DNA of 64,000 nucleotides. Source: Fistulifera solaris (Eukaryota). The notes under the pieces were generated by a model. The model was given only the letters and a program-made list of their open reading frames with translations, did not search any database and was not told where the DNA came from. Made by a program: the position numbers and the translations under genes. Every line of letters begins with the position of its first letter. Position 1 is the stretch's first letter. The stretch spans positions 62,001-126,000 of the forward strand of contig AP026127.1 in NCBI GenBank assembly GCA_030295235.1, in the 5' to 3' direction. This document shows positions 59,396-64,000 of this stretch, piece by piece.

Positions 59396-62300
59396 ACTCT
59401 GTATTTTTAGAAAAATTGTGAGGATCATCGTGGAACTCCTTCGTGAAGAATCCACAAACTGATATTGCCATAAGTGATCTCCAGAGGGTCACGATTTTGA
59501 CCTTACAAATCACGTAGAAGGCAGCGCGTCAGAAAGTGATCATGCATTTTGCGCTTTCAAACTGCTTTTAAGGCCATAGTTTCGAGTTAATGGTTTAAAT
59601 GATCTTTAATAATATATCATTTACTTTTGACAAAGAAAGCGCGACATTTATACTCGAACAGCTGAGCGACGTGCAGCAGAAAATTGCTACTTCAGTTTAA
59701 GCCGACGACTCTCATGTTGCTATCACCTCTTTTCCTCCAAATCATTCTATAAGTGCGTGAAACCGTGTTTGAGCGGTGTCAATGTGTGAACCAACCATGG
59801 CAATTATTTCTCCTCATGAGCCCTGGATGATGAAATGAGATTTTTCACGGTGCTTCGGTCGCACCTACGAGAAGTAAATTGCCGACTTTTCTTATCAACA
59901 ATCACAGTAAGTGTCATTAACTTTTCGTCGATGCATATAGTAACCGCAAGGAACAACGAGGCGACCGAAGCAATTGCTTTCACGCAAGGTGCAAAGGAAG
60001 TCAAGTCGTCAATGGAATAACGACTTGCTCTCAGCGAGTATCATGTGCGCCGTGTCGACTCGACTCTCCGTCTTCTGCTTTTTTTCACAGTCAGGAGCTT
60101 GTACATTGGTTCATCACAAACAACACATGTGGTGCTGAACCGCAGGCATTGATTACGACACAAAATTTCGTTCTGTTGGCCTTTCATGTTGGCGATGCCT
60201 CGACGACGTTGTCAAAGCGTCAACGCTGCTTTCGCTCAGCAAATGCAACGGTCATTCATAGATTTTCGTCTGACGAGAAAGGATTCAGCGTCCTCCTGTG
60301 ATCAAAAGGACGCACGGCTGCCAAGGGACCGTCGTCTTCATGGCCGCACGGTGCTGTTTTGAAGCTTGTCGGCGCATGTATTCTTTCGGTCATTTTCAGA
60401 TTTTGGCGAGGAATTCACGTTTTAGTGAAACCGGATAGACAGATAGTGTGAGATAAAATGTATATCCGATACCGGTTTGGGGTTTGAAATTTTTTGACAA
60501 AACGTGCGGACGAAACTTGTTTTGTGTCGCGAGCACGTCATTTTCACCTATCACTTGGGGGTATACGATTGTTCTCCTGGATCAAAACAAGCTTCTAGTT
60601 CTTTGTTTAGCATCAACGGACTTAAATTGAACAGATTACGAGTTGCGCAAAAATGTACTTTTGGATAGCATGTGAGGTAGCATATTAGGGTTCAAAATGC
60701 TATCAACACGTATAACCACTAGTGCTTTTTGTTAAATTTAACGTTACCAAAATTCACCCCTACGAAGCTTAACGAAATATGTTTTCTTGGTTCCCGTAGA
60801 CGCCCTCGCGACTGGAAAAGCATTATCAAAATGCATATTCGTAGGTGATCCGCGACTCCCTTAAATAGCCCTAAAAACGTCCATCGCAAGCCAAAGGTTC
60901 ATGACTGCACCCGTCACACTAAGCGAGATTCAACCACATATTCGTTTCTGATTGATTGACAAAGTCGACACTTGCTTTAGAAACCATCAAAGGGCGGGTT
61001 CCTGTCCAAACAAGGATTTTTCGGTAGAAAAACTAGTTCATGGTATTGCACCTCGGATATATCCGGTAACCCGGTCCATTTTCATTTCTTTTCTCTTGGC
61101 GGTGTAAATCTCTGCATATCTCATTCTTGACAATCAAAGAATATGCATTAAAATTCAGGTTGAATCACAAATATAATGTTAACAAATAAGGAAGTAGATC
61201 GATACTAATTAATAATAAGTTAAGGATTTATATAGTTTACTCATCACTATATCGACTCAAAAGCCTACCGTCCGGTTTTATGTAGATGGTCCGAGACGTT
61301 TTGCTAGCTGTTTCGCCAGCGGAAAAAACTGGGAAACCGGGAAAAGAGAAAAGACAGAAAAACTGAATTTTAATGGAATTAGGGAAGCCGACACATGACA
61401 TTAATGCTTCCTATGTAAGCATTTCGTAAATTGTCAGCAGATTAGTCCAATATGTGCTGCTCAGAACGACGAAACGTGGTATTGTCTAGGGATAGCTGTT
61501 CGTCAAACGAGGAGTGTATCTCGGCGAGCTACCAAGGATATCATCCTTGCCCCTAGAGATGAACAGTAGTTGAAGTGCTACATCTTCATTGACGAGAACG
61601 GACGGCGGGAGAAACAATGTGGAGCCATCTCCGGCAGGCGTCTCAGTCAGTAACATTCAGCGACTCCCGCATTACTCGACGAAGATTTATTTCTCCTTGA
61701 GGAACCCTTGGCAGCGATACTGCAACGACCTCTCCAAGACCAACGCGCATGGCTAGAATCGATTCACCGCGCTCGAGCCCGGTTTGAACTCCACTGGGAG
61801 ATCGCCAATTAGAACATACCCCTTTCCCTTAACATCCTTTCGTTGTTTGCCCTTGGATTGTCTTTTACACTCCTCCTTAACAACTTCGGTTGATGACCTT
61901 TATGGTTTTAAAGACCACATATGGTTCGTCAAAACGTTATGGCTCTGCTCCCATGACGGTAGGCTTTATAGTCGGTAAAGTATAATAACTATATTAATGA
62001 TTGTGAATAAATAAATAGATAAAGAGCCAAGTGTTTCTTAGTTGCAAGCAATGCGTAAACAACTTTGTGTTTTATTTCAAAGAGAGGCTGATTTTTGTCC
62101 GACTAAGAGTTTTCGCTTAGAACCACAAGTCCATTCGGGAAAAATGTCTTCCGCGTTCATCAACGCGAATCTATGTTTACTTTTTATCTTTAAGCGACGG
62201 TTTGATTGCGCAGCGAATGAAATTGCGATCTCTGGCTAAATTCAATACTGATTTGCTTCGCAAAAATGGATTGTCGAAATGGTCTCTGATATATCCGGTG

Positions 62301-62936
62301 ACCCGGTCCTTGGTTAAACTACTTCTATTCTTCCATTGACTTTTGTTTTCCAACCGATCCTACAATGACCGTCAGTATAAACTTACATATCATCCATAAG
62401 GCTTAATAACGCTTTCCTTACTGATTTGGTTTGTAAGCACATTTTTAAGTAACGAAATACAAAAGCGCCCATTAAGTCGATTCTTTAAACGAAACAAAAT
62501 TCATTTTTATTTTAGCTTGCAATCTTTATGATACCAGTGGCATGCTGCTGAGTCGGTTTTGAAGTCAGAATAAATGAGACGATTCCTTCTGGACTGTTAT
62601 ATTATTGATAGCTTATAAAGGATAAACCTCAAGAAAAAAAAAATAACCAGGAATTGACGAAACTTAAAAAGGAGCCGAATGGATTGGGCTGATTATCTCA
62701 ATTTGTAGAGACGAAGCTTTATGGGTCTTAGTTGCCACTTTGTTGGAAAATTATTATTTAAAAGCAACATGCGTCGAATCAGCTTGACCTCCGTCTTGGT
62801 TTTGTCAAAAGAGCCGACGTATAGCTAAATGCTTTGCCGTCTTGAAAGCTGTGATTTCCACGACCGTGCAAATCTAATGTGAACTTGATCGTATACTAAC
62901 CTTTCTTGTTGTTGCGACAATCGGAGCATCTGAAAG

Positions 62937-63048
62937 GCGGTGCGTGGAATTACTGCAAAGCTACCTTAGAAAACAAAAAGGAGCAATGGAATGTGAATGG
63001 CGGTGCATGGAGTTAAAGCTAACTTAGAAAACGAAAAGAGCAATGGAA
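62937..63048. repeat. Two diverged ~55-bp tandem copies
   Basis: ggcggtgcgtggaatt...aaagctaccttagaaaacaaaaaggagcaatggaa and ggcggtgcatggagttaaagctaacttagaaaacgaaaagagcaatggaa. Confidence 0.7.
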
Positions 63049-64000
63049 AACTAAGTCGAATATTTGACTTTGAAAAGGAACGAGAGATCTGATCGTCGAA
63101 GCGTGGCAAAGCTTTGGTTATTTAAACATTGCTTGTCACTTTTCCATTTGGTTTAGGGTTTGACTTTATCGGCAAAATCCATTAGCGATGCCACTCAATA
63201 GAATCTAAAGGACAGTGGTTAATTTTTTAAGGTTAAATGTTAGTTTCGGAAGCGGTAAACTTAAGTTACTGGATAAACTCTTTAGGTGCTTATGCGCTAG
63301 GAAAGTTTTCAATCGTTAGCATGCGACTATGATCCTACTGTACAGCTGTTGTTGTCATCGCGCCTGGTGATACTGCCATAGTCAACGTGCAGGTTGTTGT
63401 CTACGCTTTCTTCGCGCCCTTTGATTTTTAAGCAGTCTCCTCACGCAAGCTTCAGTCAGCTTCGTCTCTAAGGGTCAAATACGAAACACGAACTTTCCTA
63501 TTAGAAATTACCCTAAGGAACTTCGCATGGAGCAGGTGCCTTTTTTTTTGAGGTGGCGCTTGGTGTACTAAGAACCCCCTGTGGGCGAAAAGTTTGGCGT
63601 CGTCTAACAGCTTGTGTAGGGGAGGATCGCCTCTTCTGGTGCTTGTTGATCAGGCCTTCTTCCGATTGAAATAATTCCGAGTTCCCGGTGATGAACACAT
63701 GCCTGCAATAGGTAAGGTGTGCGAACGGGATGTGACTACTATGTAACGATTGATTATTTACTTAAAAACTGGGTACGATGCGCTTGAGTGAGAAACGAGC
63801 TAGGATGGTTATGAGTCAATTGATAAATCCCGTGCTAGGTTTTTACTTCAACTCATGTCGAAGTCCACACACACAGTGAATATAATAAGTTTAGTTCAAC
63901 AAAACGGCGCGATACATGCCTGAAATAAAAGTTGCGTTTCTATGCACTCGTTCTCTTATATCTTACTTATTCGTTCTATTTTCCATCGATCGTTCCGCTA

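Noticed and set aside
54400..59800. Terminal inverted repeats for Harbinger cassette 2
   Set aside because: I could not find a convincing inverted pair or a 3-bp TSD by eye, so boundaries are not called.
59800..60360. Possible Cys-rich zinc-finger gene remnant on the minus strand (TTCVVCDEPMY)
   Set aside because: It is too fragmented by stops to support a call.
1..64000. tRNA or rRNA genes
   Set aside because: I recognised none by eye. tRNAscan-SE or Infernal would be needed to exclude them.

Overview
This is eukaryotic, intron-containing DNA. The GT-AG introns are 60-100 nt with CTAAC/CTCAC branch sites, and the gene content points to a diatom (inference). In order, the window holds: a tandem cluster of intact and decaying DUF285/BspA-like repeat genes, a small secreted Cys-rich gene and a TA-flanked foldback MITE (0-7 kb); a membrane class III cyclase-phosphodiesterase fusion (8.3-12.1 kb); an H-NOX heme-sensor gene (16.1-17.7 kb) divergent from an HNOBA-histidine kinase-receiver gene (24.4-29.5 kb), with a PIF/Harbinger-type transposon cassette between them; degenerate helicase-associated-domain duplicates; a full-length 8.27 kb LINE with a 17-bp target-site duplication; another DUF285 gene; a DUF1415 gene; a head-to-head pair of ankyrin-like paralogs; and a second Harbinger-type cassette. 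The main candidate novel system is the H-NOX/kinase pair. It resembles a soluble guanylate cyclase sensor split over two genes and wired to a His kinase. Both proteins carry the same unrecognised ~100-aa domain (one copy on H-NOX, two on the kinase), and a cyclase-PDE gene lies next door. An ~80-bp hairpin element recurs upstream of the cyclase, the kinase and the second transposase. Single-base frameshifts are pervasive and many are probably assembly errors. All family assignments come from motif recognition by eye, not database searches.
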